From NCBI RefSeq assembly GCF_964213995.1, contig NC_135808.1, positions 50,778,001-50,842,000 on the forward strand: DNA of 64,000 nucleotides. Reading direction: 5' to 3'. Positions within the stretch are counted from its first letter, which is position 1. Every line of letters starts with the position of its first letter. The notes below the pieces were generated by a model. It did not search any database and was not told where the DNA came from. It was given only the letters and a program-made list of their open reading frames with translations. The stretch is from Mustelus asterias (Eukaryota). Positions 48,957 to 60,969 of the stretch are shown here, one piece after another. Position numbers and translations under genes: made by a program.

Positions 48957-50300
48957 GCAGGAAGGATGTACCCGATGTTGGGGGTTTCTAGAACCAGGGC
49001 TTACAGCCTGTGGATTAAGGACGGAGTGTTTAGGACAGAGATGAGGAGAAATTTCTTCACCCAGAGCGTGGTCAGCCTGTGGAATTTGCTACCACAGAAA
49101 GCAGTTGAGGCCAAAACGTTGCATGCTTTCAAGAAGCAGTCTGTAACTGGTGGTCTTGAACAGGGATTAGTGCTGGGACTTCTATTGTTTGTAATATATA
49201 CAAGTGACTTGGAAGAAAATATAGTTGGTCTGATTAACAAGTTTGCAGATGATATTAAGATTGCTGGAGTTGCGGATAGTGATGAAGATTGTCAGAGAAT
49301 ACAGCAGGATACAGATAGGCTGGAAAATTGGGTGGAGAATTGACAGGTAGAATTTAATCCAGCCAAATGCAAGATGATGCATTTTGGTAGATCCAATTCA
49401 GGTGGGAGCTATAAAATAAATGGCAGAACCATCAGGAGCAGAGACACACAGAGAGATCTGGGAGGACAGGTCCACAGATCCTTAAAAGTGGCAGCACAGG
49501 TGGAAAAGCTGATGAAGAAAGCATATGACGTGCTTGCCTTCATCGGCTGGGGCATCGAGGATAAAAGTTGGCAAATTATGTTCCAGTTATATAAAACGTT
49601 GGTTAGGTCACATTGGGAATACTGTGTTCAATTCTGGTCGCCACACTACTAGAAGAACGTGGTGGCTTTCGAGGGAGGACAGACAAGGTTTACCAGTATG
49701 TTGCCTGGTATGGAGGGCATTAGCTTTGAGGTGAGATTGAATAAACTGGGACTGTTCTCCCAGGAAAGATGGAGGTTGAGGGGGACCTGATAGAAGTTTA
49801 TACAATAATGAGGGGCATAGATAAGGTGAAGAGTTGGAAGCTTTTTCCCAGGGTAGAAATGACAATTACAAGGGGGCACAAGTTCAGGGTCAGGGGGGAA
49901 AGGTTCAGTAGAGATGTGCAGGGGAAGTTTTTTTACACAGAGGGAGGTAGTGGCCTGGAATGCACTGCCAAGTGAGATGGTTAAGGCTGTTACATTAGCG
50001 ATATTTAAGACTTTCCTAGATAGAAACATGAACAGGCGGGGTATAGAGGGATACAGGGGCTTGGTCTCAATAGGACAATGTGATCGGCGCAGGCTTGGTG
50101 GGCCGAAGGGCCTGTTCCTGTGCTGTATTGTATTGTTCTTTGTTCAGTTAGATAAAGCATTTGAGTTGGAGGGGATCAAAGGATCAAAGGATACACGGGA
50201 AGGCTGTTGAGTTGGATGATCAGCCATGATCATAATGAATGGTGGAGCAGGCTCGAAGGGCCGAATGGCCTCCTCCTCCTCCTAGTTTCCATGTTTCTAT
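48957..50300 (+). mobile_element. Short CR1 3' end (TSD GTAAGAT, 48950-56/50301-07) containing a nested CR1 at ~49141-50145
   Basis: Host reads ttcaagaagcagt|tagataaagc when the inner copy is removed. Confidence 0.85.
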
Positions 50301-50954
50301 GTAAGATTTAGTGATGCTTCACATGCCAATCTTCTGGGTCGGTTTTTGAGCAGCGCAGGGTTCATCAGATTTTTAGTGGGAAAGAATACTAAATGTTACC
50401 CTTTGGTTTGAGAATCCAAGAAGAGTAAAAGAGTTGTGAAAAGCACTCTGTGATCTCTGTGGGATAATGTCCTCTCCAAGATAATGCAGCTGAAAAAGGC
50501 CAAGAATAGATTTCGTTCACAGAAACACAATGTTCAAGAGAAGGGAGATCTCCAAGATACAAAGACTTAACACAAGTCACTAATTATCAAACTGCTTTAC
50601 AGATAAACATGCCTGTTCCTAGAAATTACTAATTATGTTCAGATGTTATAAAGGAAAAAGACATGTTTTGTGTCAATGCAGGATTTATGATGGTTTTGGT
50701 TCATTTAAATGTGTTCTCTTTAAAGAAAGCGGGCTGAAGATATTACACTTTCTCAACAGTTTGAGGACCACAGCATATTGCCTTGTTCAACACCAGTATC
50801 CTGAAATGGAAAGAATTCAAATTCCTCCCAGTGCCATAATGGGATTTGAACCCATACCTCCCAGAAAAACCCTCAGGATTAACAGTCCTGTAACATGATT
50901 ACTGTGCTCCCATCCCTCCCTGTTTCCAAACTGGCATTTTCACCAACTCAATTT

Positions 50955-53896
50955 TTAAAAGTTTATTCGTTTATGGGGTGTGCGTGTCACTGGCGATGCC
51001 AGCATTTATTACCATTTCTTAATTGTCCTTGAGGAAGTGGTGGTGAGCTGCCTTCTTGAACCGCTGTAGACCATGTGGTGTAGGTACACCCTCAGTGCTG
51101 TTAGGGAGGGAGTCCCAGGACTTTTACCCAGCAGCAGCGAAGGAACGGTGATATATTTCCAAATCAGGATGTTGAGTGACTTGGAGGGGAACCTCCAGGT
51201 GGTGGTGTTCCCAGGGATCTGCTGCTTTTGCCTTTCCAGATGAACTGGTCAGTGGTTTAGAAGGTGCTGCCTCAGGCAACTTGGTGAATTCATGCAGGGC
51301 ATCTTGTAGATGGTACACACGGCTGCCAATGTTTGAAGCTGGTGGAATGTTTGTGGAAGGGATGCCAATCAAGTGGGGCTGCCTTGTTCTGGATGATGTC
51401 AAGCTTCTTGAGAGTTCTTGGAACTGCATTCTTCCAGGCAAGTGGAGAGTATTCCATCACATAACTGACTTGTGCATTGTAGAGGTTGGACAGATTTTGG
51501 GAAGTCAAGAGGTGAGTTTCCCTTCACAGTATTCCTCACTACTGACCTATTGTTGAACCATAGTATTTATATGGCTAGTCCAGTTAAATTTCTAGTCAAC
51601 CGTAACCACCAGAATGTTTAAAGTGGAGGATTTAGTGAGGTAATACCATTGAATGTCAAGGGGAGATGTTCAAATTCTCTCTAGTTGGAGATGGTCATTG
51701 CTTGGCACTTCCGTGGTCTTATTGTTACTTGCCAGTTGTCAGCCCAAACCTGGATATTGTCCAAGTCTTGCTGCATTTGGATATGGACTGCTTCAGTATC
51801 TGAGGAGTTGTGAACGGTCTTGAACATTGTGCAGTCACTGGCGAACATCCCCACTTCTGACCTTATGATGGAGGGAAGGTCATTGATGAAGCAGCTGAAG
51901 ATTCTTGGGTCTCAGACACTTCCCTGAGGAATTCGTGCAGTGATGTTCTGGGGCAATCTCTGATTGAAACCCTATAACCACAACCATCTTCCTTTGTGCT
52001 GGCTATGACTTCAACCCAGTAAGAAGTTAAACAACACCAGGTTAAAGTCCTTACCCCAGTCCAACGCCGGCATCTCCACATTATGACTTCAACCAGCAGA
52101 GAGTTTGCCCCCTGATTCCCATTGATTCCAGCTGGGGCTCCTTGATGCCACATTCGCTCAAATGCTGTCAAGGACTGTCACTCTCAGCTTACCTCTGGAG
52201 TTCAGCTCTTTTGTCCCTGTTTGAAACAAGACTGTAATGAGGTCAGGAGCTGAGTGATCCTGGCGGAACACAAACTGAGTGTCAGTGAGCAGGTTATTGC
52301 TGAGTAAGTGGGGCTCGATAGCACTGTCAACAATTTCAATCACTTTACTGATAATTGAGAGTAGATTGATGGAGCCAGAATAGATTTGTCCTGTTTTTTG
52401 GTATACAGGACATACCTGGGCAATTTTCCACATTGCCGGGTAGATGCCAGTGTTGTAGCTGTACTGGAACAGCTTGGCTGGGGGCACAGCAAGTTCTGGA
52501 TCACAAGTCTTCAGGACTATTGCTGCAATATTGTCAGGACCCATAGTCTTTGCTGTATCCAGTCGCAAATGTATCAGCTTTATCTTCGTACTGATGTGCT
52601 GGGCTCCTCCGTCAATGAGGATGGGGATATTTGTGGAGCTCCTCCTCCAGTGAGTTGTTTAATTGTCCACCACCATTCACGGCTGGATGTGGCAGGACTG
52701 CAGAGCTTAGGTCTGATCCATTGTTTGTGGGATGGTTAAGCTCTGTCTATCACTTGCTGCTTCTGCTGTTTGGCACACAGTCCTGTGTTGTAGCTTCACC
52801 AGGTTAACACCTCATTATTCAGTATATCTGCTGTTGCTCCTGCCATGTCCTCCTGCACTCTTCATTGAACCAGGGTTGATCCCCAGGCTGGGTGGTAATG
52901 GTAGAGTGGGGGATATGCCGGGCCATGAGGTTACAGATTGTGGTTGAGTACAATTCTGCTGCTGCTGATGGCCCACAGTGCCTCATGGATGCCCAGTTTT
53001 GAGTTGCTAGATCTGTTTGAAATCGATCCCATTTAGCACGGTGGCAGTGCCACACAACACGATGGAGGGTATCCTCAATGTGAAGATGGGATTTTATCTC
53101 CACAAGGACTGTGCGGTGGTCACTCCTACCGATACTGTCATGGACAGATGCATCTGCGGCAGGCAGGTTGGTGAGGATGAGGTCGAGTATGTTTCTCCCT
53201 CTTGTTGGTTCCCTCCCCACCTGCCGCAGTCCCAGTCTAGCAGCTATGTCCTTTAGGACCCGGCCAGCTCGGTGTGTGGTGGTGCTACCGAGTAACTCTT
53301 GGTGATGGACGCTGAAGCCCCCACCCAGTGTACACTCTAAGCCTGAGCCACCCTCAGTGCTTCCTCCAAGTGGTTTTCAACATGGAGGAGAACTGATTCA
53401 TCAGCTGAGGGGGTGGTATGTGGTAACCAGAGGTTTCCTTGTCCATGTTTGACATGTTACCAAGAGACTACATGGAGCCTGGAATGTTGTTGAGGATTCC
53501 CAGGATAACTCCCTCCTGACTGTATCCCACTGTGCCTTCTGTGCTGGAAGATTGGAGGTCGTGGACACGGTTCACCATTTTCTCCCGACTCAGTAACAAA
53601 CATCCAGCTGCTCTGAGCTCCTTCTTTCACTTCCTCTGTTGGTTACGTTTCAATCTTCCGATCTGACAGTCTTTGCAGTTATTTTTGACACTGGGGATTT
53701 GTGCTGTGGTCTGAATCTCTAACAATAACTGTCCAATCAATGAAAAGAACAGCAGCTCAGAGCAGTCAGGACTGAGGAGCCAGGCTCACTGGGAAACACA
53801 TTGGGAAGATCAAAGCCATTGGTCTTCAGCTCCCGATACAAACTCCATCCCTCCCCCTGAGCACTGTCTGCTGCTCAACCAGACTCTTTACAACAT
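50955..53896 (-). repeat. Inverted duplicate of ~6363-9530 (non-LINE sequence plus LINE family B)
   Basis: 53896-53560 is the reverse complement of 6363-6700; 133-aa ORFs 7044-7445 and 52819-53220 are almost identical; shared internal LINE deletion. Confidence 0.92.
52017..52081. mobile_element. Collapsed Penelope-like insertion
   Basis: TSD TATGACTTCAACC (52004-16/52082-94); contents match the outer arms of the 57680 element. Confidence 0.75.
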
Positions 53897-54066
53897 GAGC
53901 AGTGACAGGCAGGGACTGAGGAAATGGGACCTTCAACCGTTTAGATTGTTCCTGTCAGTAGAAGTCTCCAAGGCTCCTCCCACCCCCTCCACTGCTGGTG
54001 TTTATTTTGTTTCGAGTCTGAAAGTTTAATGTTGTTCAGATAATTCAGGTGTTGTTCAGATGACCA

Positions 54067-54440
54067 GGCGGCACGGTAGCACAGTGGTTAGCACTGCTGC
54101 TTCACCGCTCCAGGGACCTGGGTTCGAATCCTGGCTTGGGTCGCTGTCTGTGTGGAGTTTGCACATTCTCCCTGTGTCTGCATGGGTTTCCTCCGGGTGC
54201 TCCGGTTTCCTCCCACAGTCCAAAGATGTGTGGGCTAGGTTGATTGGCCATTCTAAATTGCCCCTTAGTGTCCCGGGATGCATAGGTTCGAGGGGTTAGT
54301 GGGTGAAATATGTAGGGATTTGTGGGTAGGGATTTGTGGGTAGGGATTTGTGGATAGGGCCTGGGTTGGATTGTGGTCGTTGCAGCCTCGATGGGCCGAA
54401 TGGCCTTCTTCTGCAGTGTAGGATTCTATGATTCTATGAT
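54067..54440 (+). mobile_element. Full-length HE1-like V-SINE
   Basis: A/B boxes, V domain, (GATTCTAT)n tail. Confidence 0.92.
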
Positions 54441-56334
54441 AATTGTTATCAGAATGGAAATATACATATCTTTCTATTTGTGTGTGTTTGTGTACAATGA
54501 AGAATTTGTGTGTGTGAGCTTTCATGTGTTTCCTTCCCTAATTTCTCATTTGTGTGTGAAGTTTCAGCAATTTGAAGCTTCACAATGTGGATAATGAGTT
54601 GGATTCAAGGAGAATATAATGAAACTAAGCAAAGTTTGAAGTTATGAGGTTTGAGTTGAGATTTCTGTCCAGAAAGCAGAGTTTGATTGTTCTCTAAAGA
54701 TACACCAGCTTTTCCCTGTGTTGAAAATGAAGCAGCTTTGCAGCAGCCTCTTGCAGACGAACACAGAGTGAACCCTTTGCAACAACAGCTTGAACTTTCA
54801 GATTGCTGAATCCATTCCCCTGAGCAGAATGGACCTTGTGTCTTTATTTCCAGAGAACCACAAATGGAACAAGATTGCCAGCAGCGTTAAGACTCTGAGA
54901 TTTGATCTGAAGATTTTTTTTCCCACAGCATGGTCATGGTTTAGAATCTTTACTTTATGTTGAAAGAAAATGATTTAACTCCTTCAGGACCACTGTTGTC
55001 TTCTGCTTGGGGACAGGGGATCTGATATGGACTCACTGATCAATGGGAATCAGACCTTTCAGCAAGTGACCTTTGAGAAACGATGATGTTATCTAAGATA
55101 AAGAATATGTGTTGATAAACATGTGGGACTTTCAATCTGGATACAAAGCCACACACATCAGGAAGAGAGAGTTTCAATTTTGATAGTGCAAATTATAATT
55201 TAAAGATTTGACCTTTGGGCCCTGATCAAGTTCTCAAGAGGAAATGTTTATTTTAAAAGGTTTGACAACAATTGACACAAATCCAAATGCTGAAAGCTTC
55301 TGTGCTGAAGGAAGAGTTTAAAATGTGTTTGTCTCTTCCCAAAATATGAACCCGAAAGCTTGAAGTTTGTCAGAAATGTAACTTGTATCAGAGTTAAAGC
55401 AGGCAGCTCAACAACAAAACTATTCGGATCTGGAATCATTTTAAAATGTAAAAATCACCAGCAACAATCTCCAGAGTTACTTTCCAGAGAGTAGAATGTT
55501 GTTTGAGGTGTTAAGAACCGCGCTGATGTTAAATGTGAGAGGATCTCAAAGCTCAGAATGGGAACATGGAACATTGGTTCTAAGTGGTGTCGATTTTCAC
55601 TCTGGTATCCTGTGAGGAAAAGTGTGTGAACCAGGGAGAAATAGTCCAGTTTTTGTGTGAACAATTAATACAGAATATTCATCCAGGTAAAAGAAAAAAA
55701 ACACACAAGCTCTATAATACACGACAATATATTTAACTACACTGAGGGCTAGACACACACACTATTACATGAAGCTACCCCTTTGTTCTCAATCACCTAC
55801 GTTTCCTGAACACTGAGATGTCCCTTTGTTCCAAAACAACATCCAATATTATGTAACTCTGTGAGCTAAATCCAGTGAATAATTACCACACACAGGTTAT
55901 GTGTCAGCGTTCGGGAAAACTGTCTTCAGTTTCAGTGAAGGTGAAACCTGCTGCTTCTTTTCAGGAGACTGTTTCTGCAGCTGGGTGTGTGCTGATGTTA
56001 GCTGTGTCTGTGTCTGTCTCCCCTTTTCCCCAGTCACTGTGCTATGGATATATCATTCTTTCCCTTTGATGTTACCCACCCTGTGGAATCGGCTTTGGGC
56101 ATTTCCATGTCGATTTCCTTATCCCTCCACTTTGAAGTTATCTTTTCTAAACCCCATTGCTTTCCTCAGTTACCTCAGTAAACACTTGCTTTTCTCACTG
56201 AGATGCCAATTCACATCTCAACATCTCTTCAGACATCTCCCTGTTTCATTTTCTTTTATCCCAATGTCATTTGTTTATTTTCATTTCCCCAATTCTTAAC
56301 AGAGGGGAAGGTGATAAAGACACAAAACATGTTA

Positions 56335-57312
56335 ATGTCTGGACTTCCTCAGAGTCGTGTCCTCGGCCCAACAATCTTCAGCTGCTTCATCAATGAACTT
56401 CCCTCCATCATAAGGTCAGAAGTGGGGATGTTTGCTGATGACTGCACAATGTTCAGCACCATTCATGACTCCTCAGATACTGAAGCAGTCCATGTTCAAA
56501 TGCAGTAAGACCTGGACAATATCCAGGCTTGGGCTGACAAGTGGCAAGTAACATTCACGCCACACAAATGCCAGGCAATGACCATCACCAATAAGAGACA
56601 CTCTAATGCCCTTTGACATTCAATGGTGTTACCATCACTGAATCCCCCACTGTCAACATCCTTGGGGTCACCATTGACCAGAAACTCAATTGAACTCACC
56701 ACATAAACACAGTGGCTACAAGAGCAGGTCAGAGGCAATGAATACTGCGGTGAGTAACTCATTTCCTGACTCCCCAAAGCCTATTCACCATCTACAAGTC
56801 AGGAGTGTGATGGAACACTCCCCACTTGCCTGGGTGGGTGCAGCTCCAACAACAATCAAAAAGCTTGACAATCCCGGACAAAGCAGCCCACTTGATTGGC
56901 ACCACATCTACAAACATTCAATCCCTCCAGCACCGACGCTCAGTAGCAGCAGTGTGTACTATCTACAAGATGCACTGCAGCAATTCACCAAAAATCCTTA
57001 GACAGCACCTTCCAAACCCACGACCACTTCCATCTAGAAGGACAAGGGCAGCAGATACATGGGAACACCACTACCTGCAAGTTCATCTCCAAACCACTCA
57101 CAGTCCTGACTTGGAAATATATCGCCGTTCCTTCACAGTTGCTGGGTTAAAATCCCGGAATTCCCTCCCTAGTGGCATTGTGGGTCAACCCACAGCCCGT
57201 GGGCTGCAGTGATTCAAGAAGGCAGCTCAGCACCACCTTCTCAAGGGCAACTAGGGATGGGCAATAACTGCTGGCCAGCCAGCAATGCCATGTCCCATGA
57301 ATGAATGAAAAA
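56335..57312 (+). mobile_element. LINE family B, 5'-truncated
   Basis: GLPQSRVLGP..FADD; ATGAATGAAT 3' end. Confidence 0.88.
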
Positions 57313-57679
57313 AAGTCAAATCGGCCTGATTTCTATTTTTAAAATATTCTGAGTGTAGGCCTGAGGCCTGCTGCTGCCACTAAGTTTTATAATTTTGTAT
57401 TTTACATTTTATTTCTGCCCTGCTCTGATTTTTAATATTTGAACTCATTTTGTATTTTCTCATTTGATCCACACTGATCTTAACCCAGCTGTGATTGTGC
57501 TCTGATTCATTCAGAAGAAGAATCAGGGGTGAGCTGTTTTTCCAGATCGTGTTTTCTCTCTGGACTGGCCACACAACTGCTGTTCAGACTCAATCTTTTG
57601 TTTCTCCACTTTCTCAAGTTAGAATATTAAAATAAGTTGTTTCTTGTTCATTACAGGTACTGTTCTACCGCATTCTGTG

Positions 57680-57879
57680 GTGTTGCCGGCGTTGGACTGG
57701 GGTAGGCACAGTAAGTCGTCTCACAACACCAGGTTAAATCCCACCAGGTTTATTTGGTAGCACGAGCTTTCGGAGCGCTGTTCCTTCATCACCTGATGAA
57801 AGAGCGGCGCTCCGAAAGCTCGTGCTATCAAATAAACCTGTTGGACTTTAACCTGGTGTTGTGAGACTACTTACCGTGC
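57680..57879. mobile_element. Penelope-like inverted pseudo-LTR (184-bp palindrome 57701-57884)
   Basis: 15-bp direct repeat CTACCGCATTCTGTG (57665-79/57880-94); centre ttcatca-cc-tgatgaa. Confidence 0.85.
57793..57821 (+). ncRNA. Minimal hammerhead ribozyme core (PLE type)
   Basis: CUGAUGA - stem II GAGC/GCUC - GAAA - palindromic AGCU(C). Confidence 0.65.
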
Positions 57880-58249
57880 CTACCGCATTCTGTGAGCCTT
57901 GGTCTACAGACCAAGTCGCTGAGGAATCTTATCTGGAGTGCTCACCTGAAGCATCAGAAGATGAAGTTTAATTGATGGACATAACAGCTGATTGATGACA
58001 GATGTGAAGACATCATCAAGAGCTCCGTCAACAAGCTGAATATTACAAAGTCTGCTTCACATTGAGGTCCCTGTGGGAAGAACTGAGATTTGTTTTGGGA
58101 CAGACAGTGTCACAGTCTTCACAAGACTGGAATGGAGCCAGAAATCCAGGTTAAAGAGACATTGTTTCAGAGACTGAGTGCTGCAGCCAAGGTGGAATAG
58201 TCACCCAGGGACAACAGGAGGAAGGGTTAGAAACAGAAACGTTTAAACA

Positions 58250-58556
58250 AAATTTTATTTCTTAATGCAACAATTAGTCTTACATTAACGCTGCAATGAA
58301 GTTACTGTGAAAATCACCTCGTCGCCACACTCTGACGCCTGTTTGGGTACACTGAGGGAGAATTTAGCATGGCCAATACTCCTAACCAGCACATCTTGCA
58401 GACAGTGGGAGGAAACCGGAGCACCCGGAGGAAACCCACACAGACACGGGGAGAACATGCAGACTCAGCACAGACTGTGACCCAAGATGAGAATCGAACC
58501 CGGTTCCCTGGCCCTGTGAGGCATCAGTGCTAATCACTGTGCCACCGTATCGCCCC
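58250..58556 (-). mobile_element. V-domain SINE, tail type B
   Basis: Same body and tail as 8233-8564. Confidence 0.88.
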
Positions 58557-58655
58557 TTAAGTGACTGACTGTAGTGTTCACCCATTGAGGTTACTCAGCA
58601 ACTTGGGCATGTGTGTACCCAGGGGAGGGTAACGTGTACCAATTCTGGGGGAGCT

Positions 58656-59760
58656 GTCATGGATCAGCGCAAATCGGGGTTATCGTTTGTGTTTAAACAA
58701 ACATCCGACTGTCTTCTATTCTTCAGATATATACAGAGTGCTTTCTCCTTTCAATAAAGTTATCTTTCTTCCTTTTCATACACATTATCTTTCTTATATA
58801 TTCTTTTTATCATTATTCAATAAAATGGTTGTTTTAACACAATACTTGTCCCAGTCGCTCATTCCTGTTCCGTCCAGAGTCCGGTTCTGAACCTCAGTGA
58901 GACTCTGAAAGGAACTCTCACCGCTCCTTACATGAAAACACTTTATTGGACTGGAAAGTCCCTCCAGACAAACTGAACCAGATCAGTTGCTGACTATTGT
59001 CTGTGTAAAAGGTTCTGAGCAAATGATTCAGGGTCAGAGATGGAGTGCGGGAAAAAGGACACAACATACAAACTACTGAAGAGACCTGAATTTAATAATC
59101 TGGCCATCAGCTGTGACATTGGAACCAGACAGGGGGAGATAAGCAAAGATCCAGAGTGAGAGACCTCCCCACCCCCCACACCTCCTTTGACATGAAATGG
59201 TTAATATGGCCGAAAGAGTAAGAAAACAGTTTTTTAAACGATCGAGGCAATAGAGAAACTGACTTGAAGAGAATCGTGGCCAGAAGGAATAAAAAACAAG
59301 AAATGAGAAGGAATCTGTGTTTGAGACAATTGAAGGATCTGGAAAAATAATTTTTCCCAACAACTGACCACAAGTTGGGTTCAGGTAAAGGGAGAGCTGG
59401 ACAAAGGATGGGTGGGTGTATTAGTGAGTGTATTAATCAGCTACACAAAGTAGGAACACAGGATTAACACCATGATGACAGGCAGAGCTGGGAACCTCAC
59501 TGGACGTGAAGATACTGGGCCATTGAAAGAGAGGAGAAGAAGCTACATTGTAGAGTTGTGTAGACAGCTTCAGGAATTGAGGTCTGAGCTCACACAGCAG
59601 CAGGAGGAGCAGAATGAAATGAGGGGGAGCGACTCCCCCAGGACATGCCAGAGTGAGGGATAAGGTAATGGTTAAGGGAGCACCGGAATGCCCGGGATTT
59701 ACCCTCCAATGATGGCAAGGATCAGGATGTTCCAATCGGGAGCCTGGAGGTGAGCGACAA
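58656..59760 (+). mobile_element. Heavily deleted ERV remnant related to ERV-A/B (possible LTR ~58656-58896; IN C-terminus 59440-59720; homologous piece at 99-177)
   Basis: NTGLTP..MTGRA..TGPLKERRRSYIVELCRQLQEL..KVMVK..PE.PGF. Confidence 0.55.
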
Positions 59761-60171
59761 TTTGACCAGCCTTGTCCTGACCTTATTGGCTGATGGGGCT
59801 ACAGAAAAGTGACCACACTTGTGCCCCCTGGGTAAGAAAAGAGTCAGGAGGAGTGTGAGTGACAGAGCAGGAAGTGAATTCAGTGTCAGACATACAACTT
59901 CAGGGGGAAAGTAGACCAGAGGGCTTCCAACTCATTAATATGACTGACTCACAGTCTGAAGGGAGGGGATGGGACATGTTGTCTCAGGAATTGATAGATA
60001 ATGTTAGGACAGATATTGAAGATATAAGATTTAGTACGGTGCCTCCACACACACATCAGACTGTGGAGAAATTCCACATTATCAATGTACAGGAAAACTG
60101 ACAGGAATTAGTAGTTACACAGCCCATGACAGGAGCTGGGAGAAACACAATCACATTTCTGATCAGTTTGT

Positions 60172-60914
60172 TGTAGGGAAATATCCCTTACCAGTGCAGA
60201 ATAGAAGTTGAGTCGCAAATCAAGGTTCAAAGTGTGTCTTTATTGTACAATTACTGGGATCCCAGGGAGACCCCCGTAGCCAGCTCAGAAACAGTGGCTT
60301 GGCCACGTTGATCTCAATTAAATCACATCAGCTCTGGATCTTTATAGGGATCCAAAATTCGCGCGGGAACATTTGATTATGCCTTTTTTTACACAATGTA
60401 TAAAGTGGTCTGTCAGTTTCAAAAGTCCCTAGGAAGTTTCATGGATTAGCATTTGTATGGTGTGTGTTCGTGTTAATGGGATTACTTGGTCCTGCCCCGG
60501 TGTCTAAATGCGTTTCCCATTACCATCTCTATGTGTCCTCTTATTTAAATTGATCCTATTGTTCCGTGTCTGTGTTTCCTGCTTGTGAGATTGAGTGTTA
60601 ATGTCATCCTGTCCTGTTGGGTGTCTGGGGTATTTCATTCTTAACCTTTTATCCTTATCTCTTAGTTTATCAGATTTTTATGTCTGCCTTGGCCAGTTTA
60701 AAATGCAGCTACGTGCTGTTGCTAGGCAGATTAGGGATCTTCCGTAGTTTCTGAAATTCGTGAGTCTCTCAGCTGTGCAGGGGGGGACCCGATCGAATAT
60801 CCATCCGGGGGTGCCCCTCTGCATTGTTGGCCCGTTATGAGTGGTGCCAATTAGTCCAATAAGTAAATATGTTTGATGATACAAATATGGTTTTCTGGAA
60901 AATTTCCTCCTTCA
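60172..60914 (-). mobile_element. ERV-B 3' LTR
   Basis: PPT GAGAGGAGGG (60917-26) then TGAAGG; ends ..CCCTACA; - strand TATAAA at 60341-46 and AATAAA at 60239-44. Confidence 0.8.
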
Positions 60915-60969
60915 GTCCCTCCTCTCGTCCAGGGGGTGCCATTCATGGCTGACCCCCCATGGACGACCT

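Larger units (their letters stand above)
41060..50600 (+). mobile_element. Ty1/Copia (GalEa-like) pol remnant in three pieces: ~41060-41470, ~48385-48956, ~50301-50600
   Basis: EAKQKELE, KAKARLGTREFEE, VESPTVGKVSL; D.AMFYW..G.FIMNVGDFLWGG..FKHIG; SLIGQLTWL.TQTRPD; FSDASHAN..ESKKSKRVVKSTL. Confidence 0.75.

Noticed and set aside
44000-51000. Second inverted IgL cluster expected inward of the duplicated flank
   Set aside because: No V, J, C or RSS motifs found on the minus strand; only TEs
35783-60914. Pairing the two long LTRs as one provirus
   Set aside because: Sequences differ and their order is wrong for a single minus-strand element
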